The notes beneath the pieces are model-generated. The model had not been told where the DNA came from. It made no database searches and saw nothing but the letters and a program-made list of their open reading frames with translations. A stretch of DNA of 64,000 nucleotides from Dehalococcoidia bacterium (GTDB lineage Bacteria > Chloroflexota > Dehalococcoidia > SM23-28-2 > RBG-16-64-32), in assembly GCA_963665775.2 (NCBI GenBank), contig CAXXTF010000002.1:64001-128000 (forward strand), written 5' to 3'. The translations under genes and the position numbers were made by a program. Numbering within the stretch: the first letter of the stretch is position 1; the number at the start of each line of letters is the position of its first letter. Of this stretch, positions 1 through 10,225 are shown piece by piece.

Positions 1-990
1 TGGAAATACCAGTCGCGAACCTATCGGCACTGTTTCTGGGATAGCGGGACCATCCTTGCGAACCTCTTGGCCATAACCGCGGCTCATAGCGTGCCAGCCC
101 ATCTGATATGCGGTTTCGTCGACGATCGAGTGAACCGGCTCTTGGGATTGGACTCTCGTCACGAAGCTGCGCTAGTCTTGATTCCTCTCGGCAGCGACGA
201 GCAGATCGCCAGTGAAATGGAGACTGTTGAGCCCTTACATCTTCGAACGGCGCCCCTGTCGCAGTCCGAGGTGGATTACCCAGCCATCTGGGAGATGCAT
301 GGGGCCTCTTCGCTAGCCGGCGAGGCGGAGGTGGCGAGCTGGCGGGGAACACTTCCACCTTTGCGACGTTCCGTTCCTTCGGGCCGCCTGTTCCCGCTCC
401 TGCCGCTGAAGTTGGAAGCGCAACCGAAGGACTCCATCGAGACGATCATTCAGCGCCGTGGCTCCAGCCGGCGCTTCGCTCGGGAGGCTGTAACCGTCGA
501 GCAGCTCTCGACAATGCTGGATGCGGCGACGAAAGAGACTCCGGCCGACTTCCAGGGACGAGGCCATCCCCGCCTCAATGACCTTTACCTGATCGTGAAC
601 GCTGTTGAAGGGTTGCCCTCCGGGGCGTACCTCTATCGGCAGGAAGGGCCTGCCCTGGAGCTGTTGAAAGAGGGAGATTTCCGTTCACAGGCGGGATACC
701 TTGGCCTGGAACAGGCGCTTCCCGCCGACGCCAGTGCGGATGTGTTCATGCTAGCGGACCTGTCGCGCATTTTGGAGCGGTTTGGCAATCGGGGCTATCG
801 GGCGGCTCAGCTGGAGGCCGCGATCATCGGCGGTAGGTTGTACCTCGCTGCTTACGCCATGGGACTGGGCGCCAGCGGCCTGACCTTCTTCGACGACGAT
901 GTGACGGAGTTCTTCGCGCCCTCGGCGAGGGACGGGAGCGTGATGTTCCTGATGGCTCTCGGCCATCCAGTAAGACGAGGAAATCCATAG
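1..990 (+). CDS. SagB/ThcOx-family FMN-dependent dehydrogenase (tandem nitroreductase domains), 5'-truncated by the window edge
   Basis: Frame 1 is open from base 1 (WKYQSRTYRHCFWDSG...). The second domain has IQRRGSSRRF and RGYRAAQLEAAIIGGRLYLAAYAMGLGASGLTFFDDDV, typical of SagB-like nitroreductases. Confidence 0.85.
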   Translation, partial: WKYQSRTYRHCFWDSGTILANLLAITAAHSVPAHLICGFVDDRVNRLLGLDSRHEAALVLIPLGSDEQIASEMETVEPLHLRTAPLSQSEVDYPAIWEMHGASSLAGEAEVASWRGTLPPLRRSVPSGRLFPLLPLKLEAQPKDSIETIIQRRGSSRRFAREAVTVEQLSTMLDAATKETPADFQGRGHPRLNDLYLIVNAVEGLPSGAYLYRQEGPALELLKEGDFRSQAGYLGLEQALPADASADVFMLADLSRILERFGNRGYRAAQLEAAIIGGRLYLAAYAMGLGASGLTFFDDDVTEFFAPSARDGSVMFLMALGHPVRRGNP

Positions 991-1060
991 TCGTACTAGA
1001 ATGCCAGAGGCTCGATGGGCCCCCGCGTTCTCGACCGTGCAAAGGCCTTGATTTGAAGAT

Positions 1061-1378
1061 ATGCTGCTGAGCGACCCTCAGGCTATCCACTCCATCTCTG
1101 ATTTTCTCGGTACTGAAGCGAGGGAAGCCCCTTTCGACGTCCGTGGCGCGCCCGTGTATCAGCTGAAAATTCCCAGCCAGGAGCTGGGAAATGACATCCT
1201 TCTTACGATTTGGCCTTCGCAGAGCCGCGTCGACGTGCGCGTGGGCAAGAGCTACTGGGTGCTACGGGACATAAGCGATGTGGAGCTATACCCGGACGTT
1301 GAGGTCCTCTTCCGACGGAACGACCCGCCTGCATTCCTCTTCGTTTCCGTCCAGGGTAGAGTCGCGATGGTGACATAG
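1061..1378 (+). CDS. hypothetical protein (105 aa)
   Basis: ATG start and globular beta-rich composition; follows the upstream gene. Confidence 0.6.
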   Translation: MLLSDPQAIHSISDFLGTEAREAPFDVRGAPVYQLKIPSQELGNDILLTIWPSQSRVDVRVGKSYWVLRDISDVELYPDVEVLFRRNDPPAFLFVSVQGRVAMVT

Positions 1379-1507
1379 AGGTTCGTCCAGAACGTCTGCG
1401 CACAAGTAGGCCCGCGTTCCCAGCGCCCCAGTCAGGCAACGATATAATGTGTCAAGCGAGACCGGCAAGGATCGCGGTCTTGAAGCGGTAGATCTGGCCT
1501 GCCGCGA

Positions 1508-1539
1508 GAAAGGGGGCCGGTCCTGAAACCGGCCCCCCT
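1508..1539 (-). terminator. GC-rich hairpin, probable intrinsic terminator for the isochorismatase gene
   Basis: GGGGGCCGGT-cctgaa-ACCGGCCCCC stem, followed by a short T run on the minus strand. Confidence 0.6.
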
Positions 1540-1593
1540 CACGTCGCTGCCGCCGATGCTATCGTTCGATACGCTCGCGTTCTACGTCGCGGG

Positions 1594-2244
1594 CTACGCC
1601 CTCATCCCCTGCAGCGCCTCGTCGGTGTCCAGCACGGCGCTCGCCAAGAACCCGAAGTTCGTGAGCGCACTCTTGTAGCCGTCACCCAGTTCGGGGTGAA
1701 TCGCTGCCGCCGTCGCGTCGGCCACGACTGCGACCTCGAACCCCTCCTCGAGGAACTCGCGCAGGTGGGCCTCGACGCAGAGGTTTGCTGACATCCCCGC
1801 CAGGATGACCTTGGACTTCCCCCGCTTCCGCAACTGGAGCGCTAGGTCGTTGCTCTCCGGCCCGTACACCTTGTGCGGGCTGGCAACGATGGTCTTTCCG
1901 TCCTCAATGTAAGGTTTGTACGCCTCGAGCCAGTCCGCCCCAGAGCCCGAAAAGCCCTCGGTCGTGAGGGCCCCCTCGCGGTCGAACATGCCGATCTCGT
2001 GCATCATCTTCTCAACCGTCCCGCCAAATCGCCAGCCCTTGTCGGTTGGGTAGTAGTAGTGGGGGGAGATGAACACGTCGTATCCTCGCTCCTTGGCGGT
2101 GCGGAACAGCTGCTCGATGTGGCCGACCGTGCCGTTGGCCTCGACGCTTTCCCCCACGAGGCCCCAAGTCACACCTTGCGGACTCAGGAAATCGTTCTGC
2201 GGATCGGTCACGACGACGGCTGTGTCCTTTGCGCTAAACTCCAT
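1594..2244 (-). CDS. isochorismatase-family cysteine hydrolase
   Basis: VVTDPQNDFL, K in SPHKVYGP, and AGMSANLCVE (D-K-C triad). Confidence 0.9.
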   Translation of the reverse strand: MEFSAKDTAVVVTDPQNDFLSPQGVTWGLVGESVEANGTVGHIEQLFRTAKERGYDVFISPHYYYPTDKGWRFGGTVEKMMHEIGMFDREGALTTEGFSGSGADWLEAYKPYIEDGKTIVASPHKVYGPESNDLALQLRKRGKSKVILAGMSANLCVEAHLREFLEEGFEVAVVADATAAAIHPELGDGYKSALTNFGFLASAVLDTDEALQGMRA

Positions 2245-2384
2245 AAGATCCCTCCTTTTGGGTTGATACCGGCGGCCCGTTTGATCGTCCTCAATATATC
2301 GGCTCTCTTGTGCGAAAGGGTCTGCGAGCCGACCGTTATCGTCCGGCGTTGCGCCGGATCGCCATCTTGTGCAACTATTCGGGC

Positions 2385-3313
2385 ATGGTACTGAACCGGT
2401 TGCTCGGCAACGTCGCGATTCGGGTCGAGCCGTTCACCCTGTGCCTTGTGAGCACGGGGTGGTGCCTCCGTTTGCCCGGTCCGCCGGGCGTGATGTTCCA
2501 CTTCGTGGTCAAGGGCAGCGGCGTGATGCGGGGACCTGGGGGCGAAACCCACCAGCTGTGGCCCTATTGCCTGGGGGTGGTGCCCCCAGGCACCGTCCAC
2601 TCCCTGGAGTGCGGCTCGACTATCCAATCGACAGAGGTGATACCTCCCCCACCCGAGGGCGGCCCTCCGCCGGAGCTGGTCGCGGGTTCCTCGGACCTCG
2701 CGGATCTGCAGGTGGCGTGCGGAATCGTACACGTGGCGTACGGCGACTCCCTCGGTCTCTTCAGCCACCTGCGCGACGCCTTCGTTGCCGACCTCTCCGG
2801 CTATCCGCAGGTGCGTGCGGCGTTCGAGGGGATACTGGCCGAGCGGGCGAGCGCCTCGCCGGGCAGCGCTGCCCTGTCAGCCGCGCTGATGAGTCAGTGC
2901 CTCGTCTACCTGCTGCGCCACCTCAGCGGAGCGTCCAGCCCTCCCCTGCCCTGGCTGTCGGCGCTCGACGACGAGGAGCTCGGGCGGGCGCTGGATTCGA
3001 TGTTTGAAAACCCGGCGGCGCCGCACACGGTCGAGTCGCTGGCTGAGGAGGCGTTGATGAGCCGATCGGTGTTCGCCGAGCGGTTCCACGCGGCGTTTGG
3101 CTCCTCCCCGATGACGTTCCTGCGCGGCCTTCGCATGCGAAGGCCGCGCAGCTTCTGACCCGCAGCGGCGCTATATCCATCGATCAGATCGCTCACCGGG
3201 TTGGCTTCTCCAGCCGCAGTCACTTCTCGCGCGCGTTTCGAGAGCAGTTCGGCGTGTCGCCGGCGGCCTACCGACTCGCTGCTTCCGGGCAGGTCGCCTC
3301 TCAGATGCCGTAG
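2385..3313 (+). pseudogene. AraC-family regulator with cupin domain, frameshifted near 3140
   Basis: The ORF stops after the first HTH (MSRSVFAERF...LRMRR). The -1 frame continues AAQLL...IDQIAHRVGFSSRSHFSRAFREQFGVSPAAYR to TAG at 3311-3313. Confidence 0.85.
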
Positions 3314-3451
3314 CTACCGGCCCTGAACGGCACAGCGGTCGTAACACTTCGCTAAAGTAGGGTAGTCCCGCCCGCGAAAGTCTATGCGGGACAGAATAGG
3401 GAGGTAAGGTCCAAGCCCAAATCTGTCGAAGCCGCAACCGTCAGCCCGCCG

Positions 3452-4066
3452 ATGCTAGAATACCTGAGTAGAAATGGCGGGAAGGAGACTGATCTCACGG
3501 GCAGGGTTGATCGAACAACCGGTTGGGAAGACGAATATCTAGCCCAGGGTATCCGTCGGAGGGATCCGGGGGCAATGGAGGCTCTGTACGACCAATACAG
3601 CCGTCGGGCTTTTGGCCTCGCCTACCGGATCCTTGGCGACGGCCCTTCGGCGGAGGACGTAGTACAGGAGGCGTTCCTGATTCTGTGGCGCCAGGCCGAC
3701 CGGCTTGACCCAGCCCGCGGCAAGGTGAGCTCTTTCTTGATGACCGTGGTCCATCACAAGGCGATAGACCTCCTGCGCGGCCGTCGCGGCGAGACGAGGC
3801 GTGATTCCCTGGACCTTCCAGCCTTAGCGCAGGATGAGGCTGATATGCTAGAGGGCGTAGCTGAATCGCAGGTACGAGATGCGGTGAGCAACGCTTTGCA
3901 GTCGCTTCCAGAGGAGCAGCGGCAGCCGATAGAGCTGGCCTACTTCAAGGGCCTCACCCACGTCCAGATCGCGGAGTCGCTGGCCGTCCCCCTGGGGACC
4001 GTAAAGAGCCGACTGCGGCTGGGACTGGGGAAGATGCGCTCCGCATTGGAAGGCCGGGTAAGATAG
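3452..4066 (+). CDS. ECF sigma-70 factor, SigK-like
   Basis: AEDVVQEAFL, and LPEEQRQPIELAYFKGLTHVQIAESLAVPLGTVKSRLRLGL (regions 2 and 4). Confidence 0.92.
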   Translation: MLEYLSRNGGKETDLTGRVDRTTGWEDEYLAQGIRRRDPGAMEALYDQYSRRAFGLAYRILGDGPSAEDVVQEAFLILWRQADRLDPARGKVSSFLMTVVHHKAIDLLRGRRGETRRDSLDLPALAQDEADMLEGVAESQVRDAVSNALQSLPEEQRQPIELAYFKGLTHVQIAESLAVPLGTVKSRLRLGLGKMRSALEGRVR

Positions 4067-4770
4067 TGAAGTGTAAAGAGGTCGAAGAGCTCGCCGGGGC
4101 TTACGCGCTAGACGCGCTCCCCGCTGAAACGCTACGAGAAGTGCGGGAGCATTTAGAGTCCTGCCAGCAGCATCCGGAGATCGCCGGGCTGCGGGCTGCC
4201 GCATTGAGTCTGGCCGCAGCCGCCCCGGGGATGGAGCCCCCGCCCGGCCTCAAGACGCGCCTCATGGACGAGATCCGACAGGAGACAGCTCGAGCCGCGG
4301 AGGGCAGGCCGCGCGAGATCGACGGTTCCTGGCTCCGCCGCTACGTTGGGTCCGCCTTCCGCCCCTACGCCCTCGCGGGCGCCCTGGCCATCGCTGTGGC
4401 CGCGCTCATTGGCTGGAACGTGTACCTGCAGACCTCCGGCGACGGCGGGCAAGACGTTGCCATCGTGCGAGCCCTCACGGACAGCGGCGCCGCCCAGGGG
4501 CGCGTCCTTTACTTTCAGGAAGAGGGGGTTGCGGTCATAACCGTAGAGGATCTGGCCCCGCTGCCGACGGATCAGACCTACCAAGTCTGGGCGATCAGCG
4601 GCGACGACGTTGCCACCGGGATCGGGTTGTTCAACACCTCGGCCAGCGGCGAGGCCTCCACGGCGCTAGAAGTCGATCTGACGAACGCTGAGTTTGTAGC
4701 CATCACCATCGAGCCCGCGGGCGGCAGCCCTCAGCCAACCAGCGATCCGGTCCTCATGGCCCAGATCTAG
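4066..4770 (+). CDS. anti-sigma factor, RskA-like (N-terminal HxxxC, TM helix, RskA C-terminal domain)
   Basis: ELAGAYALDAL...HLESC, a TM segment, TYQVWAI, and AITIEPAGGSPQPT. Confidence 0.9.
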   Translation: MKCKEVEELAGAYALDALPAETLREVREHLESCQQHPEIAGLRAAALSLAAAAPGMEPPPGLKTRLMDEIRQETARAAEGRPREIDGSWLRRYVGSAFRPYALAGALAIAVAALIGWNVYLQTSGDGGQDVAIVRALTDSGAAQGRVLYFQEEGVAVITVEDLAPLPTDQTYQVWAISGDDVATGIGLFNTSASGEASTALEVDLTNAEFVAITIEPAGGSPQPTSDPVLMAQI

Positions 4771-4818
4771 GCCCCCAACGCGCGTCCGCGGAATTTTCCC
4801 CTTTTCGCCCTGACAGGG

Positions 4819-4844
4819 TGATCCGTTACCCCTGACCTCCCGAA
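4819..4844 (+). promoter_or_regulatory. candidate SigK-type ECF promoter TGATCC-N15-CCGAA
   Basis: Exact sequence tgatcc gttacccctgacctc ccgaa upstream of the DUF4331 gene. It resembles the mycobacterial SigK consensus (CCATCC-N15-CCGAA). Confidence 0.6.
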
Positions 4845-4910
4845 ATAGTTTTAGATGCTTTGGCGCGAGAGGCCGTTGCAGACAACGCACGACGAGCAAG
4901 GAGGTCAACC

Positions 4911-6194
4911 ATGCAACCATCCACACGTATTGTAGCCCGGACCGGTTCGGCGCTGCTCATAATCCTGGCGATCGCTCTAATCGCGGTGACCCTGACGACC
5001 GTCGACCGGACAAGGGGGGCGGACCACCGCGACTCTCCAAGCGTCGAAGGCGACCCGGCGGCGGACCTCGCCGACGTCTACGCCTTCCGCAGCCCGGAGA
5101 ATAGCGACAACCTTGTCGTCATCATGACCGTCAACGGGCTGACGGCGCCGCCGGAGAACACGACCCGCAACTTCGCGACGGGCGTAACCTACAACATCCA
5201 CGTCGACAACACCGGCGACCTCGTCGCCGATGCCACGGCGAGTATCATCTTCTCCGGGGACCCGCTCAGGTTCACGATTACCGGTCTGACCGCGGAGCCG
5301 ATTACGGGCGACGTCACGCCGCCCTCAACCGACCCTGACGCGCCGGCTCCCGTGATCACCACGGTGGACGGGATCAAGGCTTTCGCGGGCCAGCGCGATG
5401 ACCCGTTCTTCTTCGATCTCGTTGGCTTCCTTGCGTTCGTTGCCGGCCCCTACGTCCCAGCGGAGGGGCTGCGGGCCGCGGGCAACACGCCAGCCTCCGA
5501 CACCTTGGCAGGCACCAACGTCTCCGCCATCGTCATCGAGCTACCGATTACGGCGCTCACCGGCGAGGCGACGTCGGACACCGGAACGATAAAGGCCTGG
5601 GCGAGCACCTGGCGCGACGGGTCGCAGGTGGACCGCATGGCGATCCCCGCCATCAACACAGCCCTCATCCCCAGCGACCAGAAGGACACCTTCAACCAGG
5701 CCGCCCCACTCGATGACGCGGCCAGCTTCGGGGCCACGGCCCAGGCGACCATCGAGGGCCTGCGCGCCGCCGTCAATGCGGTGCTTGATGCGCCGGTGGG
5801 GGCGGAGGACGGCGGTCCGCTCGGCTCCCTCACCGCTGAGCAGGTGAAGGACGCGGTCATCCCCGACGTGGTGACCATCGACTTCTCCCAGCCGGTGGGA
5901 TTCACCAACGGGCGCGCACCGGAGGAGGATGTCATGGATGTCGTCCTGCAGCTGGTGCTGAACCGCACCGCCGGCATCACCGACGCCATCGACGCCAACG
6001 ACGTGGCTTTCCTGCCGACGTTCCCATACCTGGCGCCACCGCACCAGCCAGATGTCGGCGGGCTTCCTACCGCTGGCGGCCCGCCCCCGGCCGAAGGTGA
6101 AAGCTTCAACTGGGCGTTCGCCCTCTTGATAGGCGCAGGCGTCGTCCTCGCGGGGGCCGGCGTGGGACTGCTACGCCGCAGGCCGGCCCGGTAA
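4911..6194 (+). CDS. DUF4331 secreted protein with C-terminal LPxTG-like sorting signal
   Basis: Signal peptide, ADHRDSP, DLADVYAF, FAGQRDDPFFFD, NGRAPEEDVMD, FPYLAPPH. The tail is LPTAG + hydrophobic helix + RRRPAR. RBS aggagg precedes ATG 4911. Confidence 0.85.
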   Translation: MQPSTRIVARTGSALLIILAIALIAVTLTTVDRTRGADHRDSPSVEGDPAADLADVYAFRSPENSDNLVVIMTVNGLTAPPENTTRNFATGVTYNIHVDNTGDLVADATASIIFSGDPLRFTITGLTAEPITGDVTPPSTDPDAPAPVITTVDGIKAFAGQRDDPFFFDLVGFLAFVAGPYVPAEGLRAAGNTPASDTLAGTNVSAIVIELPITALTGEATSDTGTIKAWASTWRDGSQVDRMAIPAINTALIPSDQKDTFNQAAPLDDAASFGATAQATIEGLRAAVNAVLDAPVGAEDGGPLGSLTAEQVKDAVIPDVVTIDFSQPVGFTNGRAPEEDVMDVVLQLVLNRTAGITDAIDANDVAFLPTFPYLAPPHQPDVGGLPTAGGPPPAEGESFNWAFALLIGAGVVLAGAGVGLLRRRPAR

Positions 6195-6245
6195 AGGGAC
6201 CGACGGAAGGCGAGGCTGAGGGCGAGGGTCGAAGGAGATACGTCG

Positions 6246-7556
6246 ATGACACAGCGTGGTGCGCAGGTCGTCGCCGGTCTCCTGGCAACCCTCGCCCTCC
6301 TTATTGCGGGCTGGGGGCTCGTCGACGGCGGGTCGAGCCCCACGACTGCCCCCACAGACCCCACAGCGATGACCAACGCCGTCGTCCGCTTTTTCGAGGA
6401 GCGGGTGAAGCGCGACCCCCACGACTTCGTCAGCTACAACTGGCTGGCCGACGCTTACGTCCAGCGGGCGCGTCAGACCGGGGACGTGGCGGACTACAGC
6501 CGTGCGGAGGCCGCTCTGGAAGCTTCCCTGGACGCCCTCCCGAACGACAATTACGATGCCCTGGTGCAGCTGTCCCTGGTGTACGGCGCCATGCACCGGT
6601 TCTCAGACGCGTTGGAGCTGGCCCAGAAGGCTCTCGCCCTCAATCCGTGGGAGCCATTCGGCTATGCGGTCCTCGGCGACGCGCAGGTGGCGCTGGGCCA
6701 GTACGACGAAGCCGACCAGGCGTACCAAACGGTTACCTTAAAAGCACCGGGGCTCTCGTCCTTCAGCCGACTCGCCTATCTCCTTGAGCTTCGAGGCGAC
6801 CTGGAGACGGCCGAGCTCATGTGGCGGAACGCCCTCTCCACCGACAACGGTCGCCGCCCCGCAAACACGGCCTGGGCACGCGTACAGCTCGGCAACTTCT
6901 ATTTCAACATTGGGGAGTTAGGACCGGCGGAGGAAGAATATGAGCAGGCTCTGGAGATGTTCCCGGAGTATGTCCACGCCCGGGCCGGCCTGGCCAAGAT
7001 CCGCGCTGCCCGCGGCGATTACGACGACGCCGCTTCGCTCTATAGCGCGGTCGTAGAACGCTACCCCGCACCGGAGTACGTCATCGCCCTCGGCGACATC
7101 CATCTTGTCGCCGGGCGGCAGGACGATGCGGAGGTGCAGTATGACCTGGTGTCGGCCATCGACGAGCTGTACAAGGCCAATGGCGTCAACACCGACCTCC
7201 AAATGGCCCTCTTCTTGGCTGACCACGATCTGAATGTCGACGAGGCTGTGCGCCGGGCCCGCGTTGTCTACGACGCACGCCCCAGCATCCAGGCCGCGGA
7301 CGTCCTGGCCTGGGCGCTGTACAAGGCCGGTCAGCACGAGGAGGCGCTGGAGTACTCGCTGGCGGCGCTCGGGCAGGGGACACAGGACGCGATGATGCTG
7401 TTCCACGCCGGCATGATCTACGACCGTATCGGTGAATATGAGAAGGCTCGCGATTATCTGGAGCGGGCCGTCGAAATCAACCCTCGCTTCTCGGTGCTAT
7501 ATGCGGAGACGGCCGCCGATACCATCCAGAGACTCCAGCCGGTGGTGCGGAGGTAG
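6246..7556 (+). CDS. tetratricopeptide repeat membrane-anchored protein
   Basis: N-terminal TM helix and multiple TPR-like helical repeats (e.g. LFHAGMIY...ARDYLERAVEINPRF). Confidence 0.88.
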   Translation: MTQRGAQVVAGLLATLALLIAGWGLVDGGSSPTTAPTDPTAMTNAVVRFFEERVKRDPHDFVSYNWLADAYVQRARQTGDVADYSRAEAALEASLDALPNDNYDALVQLSLVYGAMHRFSDALELAQKALALNPWEPFGYAVLGDAQVALGQYDEADQAYQTVTLKAPGLSSFSRLAYLLELRGDLETAELMWRNALSTDNGRRPANTAWARVQLGNFYFNIGELGPAEEEYEQALEMFPEYVHARAGLAKIRAARGDYDDAASLYSAVVERYPAPEYVIALGDIHLVAGRQDDAEVQYDLVSAIDELYKANGVNTDLQMALFLADHDLNVDEAVRRARVVYDARPSIQAADVLAWALYKAGQHEEALEYSLAALGQGTQDAMMLFHAGMIYDRIGEYEKARDYLERAVEINPRFSVLYAETAADTIQRLQPVVRR

Positions 7557-7559
7557 GCT

Positions 7560-9071
7560 GTGAAGAACAGCGCGTGCCGCTTGAGCCTACTCGGGACAGC
7601 CCTTGTCGTCACGCTGTTGGTGCTGCTGGCAGTCGCAGTCGCCCTCCCCTCTAATGTCGCCGCTCACCCCCTGGGCAACTTCACGGTCAACCGCTACAGT
7701 CGTCTGGAAGTGTACTCAGACGTCATCCGCATACACTATGTGCTGGACATGGCCGAGATTCCCACCTTTCAAGAGATGGGCACCATCGACACGGACGGCG
7801 ACGGTCGATTAGACGAAGCGGAGCACGGGAGATACTCGGCACAGAAGGCCGAAGAGATAGCAAGCGGTCTCCATCTGGCGGTGAATGGCTCGTCGTCTGA
7901 GCTCCGTCTCCTGACCCATGGGTTGAGCTTCCCACCGGGTCAGGGCGGACTAGACACCCTCAGACTGAGTTTGGTGCTTGAGGCGCCGGCGTCCGGCCCA
8001 GAGCTGTTCGTTGAGTACCGGGACGATAATTACGCCGATCGCATCGGTTGGAAGGAGGTCGTGATCCGACCAGCCGATGGCGTGACGCTCGGGGAGTCCA
8101 TAGCATCCTCTGAGGACGTGACCGACGAGCTGCGGTCGTACCCCTCGGACCTGCTATCCAGCCCGCTGAACGTGAGTCAGGCCAGCTTCACGTTCGTTCC
8201 GGGTCGGGGCGCGACCGGCCCGCCAGTACCGCAGTCGGTCTCTGGGCCCGTCGGAGAGCCCTCCGCGAACGCCTTCACCTCGCTGATCACTGTGAAGGAG
8301 CAAACCCTGCCAGTCCTTCTGGTCGCCCTGCTCGCGGCGCTCGGCTTTGGGGCCCTGCACGCGCTGGAGCCCGGTCACGGCAAGACGCTCGTCGCCGCGT
8401 ACTTCGTCGGAGTGAAGGGCACAGCGAGACACGCCTTGCTGCTTGGTCTGACGATCGCCGTCACGCACACGGTGGGGGTCCTGGCCATCGGACTGGTGAC
8501 GCTCTACGGCTCCAAGTTCATATTGCCAGAGCAGCTCTACCCATGGCTGGGCCTCGCCTCCGGGCTGCTCGTGGTGGGTTTGGGCTTGCGTCTTCTCGCC
8601 AGCCGGCTGCCGAGCCGCAAGGCCCACGCGCATGGGCATCAGCATCACGGTCACTCACACCACCGAACGGAAGAGGAGGGGTCGCCGCTGCCTTGGAAAG
8701 GTCTGGTGGCGCTCGGCCTCGCCGACGGTCTGGTCCCCAGCCCCTCCACTTTGGTGGTCCTCCTGGCCGCCATCTCGCTGGACAGGATCGGTATCGGGTT
8801 ACTTCTGATCGTGGCCTTTAGCGCCGGACTGGCCGCGGTGCTGGCTATGGTGAGCCTGCTGCTGGTCTACGCGCGGCAGCTGCTGGAATGGCTCAACTCA
8901 AGGCGATGGCGCCTGCGTCGGAATCCCTACGTCGGGTGGCTGGTCGGGACCATGAGTCCGGAGGGACGGCTGCTTACGGCCCTTCCGGTCGGCGGAGCGC
9001 TGGTGCTGGTTGTCGTGGGACTACTTCTCACGTTAAGAGCGCTGCTGCAGCCTGGATTGCTTGCGGTCTGA
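7560..9071 (+). CDS. NiCoT/RcnA-like nickel-cobalt transporter with extracytoplasmic N-terminal domain
   Basis: AHPLGNFTVNRY, an EF-hand-like DTDGDGRLD, GALHALEPGHGKT, a His-rich loop, and GLVPSPSTLVVLL. Confidence 0.85.
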   Translation: MKNSACRLSLLGTALVVTLLVLLAVAVALPSNVAAHPLGNFTVNRYSRLEVYSDVIRIHYVLDMAEIPTFQEMGTIDTDGDGRLDEAEHGRYSAQKAEEIASGLHLAVNGSSSELRLLTHGLSFPPGQGGLDTLRLSLVLEAPASGPELFVEYRDDNYADRIGWKEVVIRPADGVTLGESIASSEDVTDELRSYPSDLLSSPLNVSQASFTFVPGRGATGPPVPQSVSGPVGEPSANAFTSLITVKEQTLPVLLVALLAALGFGALHALEPGHGKTLVAAYFVGVKGTARHALLLGLTIAVTHTVGVLAIGLVTLYGSKFILPEQLYPWLGLASGLLVVGLGLRLLASRLPSRKAHAHGHQHHGHSHHRTEEEGSPLPWKGLVALGLADGLVPSPSTLVVLLAAISLDRIGIGLLLIVAFSAGLAAVLAMVSLLLVYARQLLEWLNSRRWRLRRNPYVGWLVGTMSPEGRLLTALPVGGALVLVVVGLLLTLRALLQPGLLAV

Positions 9072-9159
9072 GTCGCAGGTACTGGCCGTCTCGTGGGAGA
9101 GGTAGCCAGGCCCGTTATCCGAGAGGAGGGCCGTGCGGACCTGCAAAGGCACCTCGGCC

Positions 9160-9199
9160 GGACGCGATCTCGCCTGGCGAGCGTGAAGCGGCCGCACAT
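9160..9199 (-). pseudogene. possible 5' remnant of an SRAP (SOS response-associated peptidase) gene
   Basis: GAGGT immediately followed by ATG-CGRFTL, the SRAP N-terminal motif. The similarity is lost after about 10 codons. Confidence 0.4.
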
Positions 9200-9394
9200 A
9201 CCTCAAGCGTAGCAGCCAAGTCCCTTCCCGTTAGAGCAGCTGCTGTGGGTTGTCGGGGCCATACTCGACGGAGGACTTCGCTCCCAGAACGCACAAGGCG
9301 CCTCGGGTCAAAGTCTGCACGCGGCCCAGGCCAGGGCCAGCGGAGAGGTGACACTAAGTGTCGATAGGGTAGCCCGCAGCCAGCAATTCACGCT

Positions 9395-9874
9395 CTATTC
9401 CGGGGAGTCAGTCTTGGCACCGCGCCTCTTCGACTCGTGCTGAGTCTTCTCGTCTGGCTCGGTTTGCAGCGCGTCGACAGCCATTCTTAGCGATCCCGGA
9501 AGAGCGGCACGGCCTATCCTCTCTGCAGCACGCTTGATCTCCTCATCGTGCTTCCGGCCATACTGCACCGCTCGTTTAGCGGCCCTTTCCACGTTGGGCT
9601 TCGCTTGGTGTGCCAGGCGGTTGACCTCGGGCCTGATGCCGTTCGCTGCTTGCTTCACACCTTCCGCCGCCTTGCGAGCCATGCGTTGCGCCTCCGGTCG
9701 GTGCTTCTCAGCGGCGGCTCTAGCGACAGCCGCCGTCCTCTTCGCGTGCTCGGCCAGCTCGCGAACCCTCGGTTCGCTAGCCTCTGCTGCCTCCTTAGTT
9801 CGGTCCATCAGTACTTTCCAGAGTGACCCCTCTTTCGGCTTCTTGCTTTTGCGCACTGATGACTCCTCACCCAT
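9395..9874 (-). CDS. Ala/Lys/Arg-rich helical protein (apolipoprotein/LEA-like)
   Basis: Amphipathic helices punctuated by prolines at about 11/22-residue spacing. Confidence 0.6.
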   Translation of the reverse strand: MGEESSVRKSKKPKEGSLWKVLMDRTKEAAEASEPRVRELAEHAKRTAAVARAAAEKHRPEAQRMARKAAEGVKQAANGIRPEVNRLAHQAKPNVERAAKRAVQYGRKHDEEIKRAAERIGRAALPGSLRMAVDALQTEPDEKTQHESKRRGAKTDSPE

Positions 9875-10225
9875 CGCTCACCCCTTTTGCTTGCTCCGGT
9901 ACTCTTATGATCATCATATGCGTGCGGCGAAAGTCACGCCAGGCGTCAGTCGCGTGACCAATACCCAAACCTGCGATACGCACTATGGCTTCATATCGTT
10001 TCCGCATCTCGCCGCCGCTTCGGTCGGTGCGGCCGGTTAATATACGGGGTAGCTGGTCCTCGGCCTCAACTCGGGACCGCTATTCTTAAAAGTAAAGGCT
10101 GGCCCAGGCAGACCGAAGGTTGTTACTCTTGTAGGGAGATGGGAACGTCAGGATCATCCGGGTGATGAACGGGCTGCGACGGGGTCCCGGTTCGGAACCG
10201 ATCGCCTGGAAGTGAGGAGAGCATC

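Noticed and set aside
1-990. RiPP (azole) biosynthetic cluster from the SagB-like gene
   Set aside because: No YcaO, precursor peptide or transporter is visible downstream; upstream context is outside the window.
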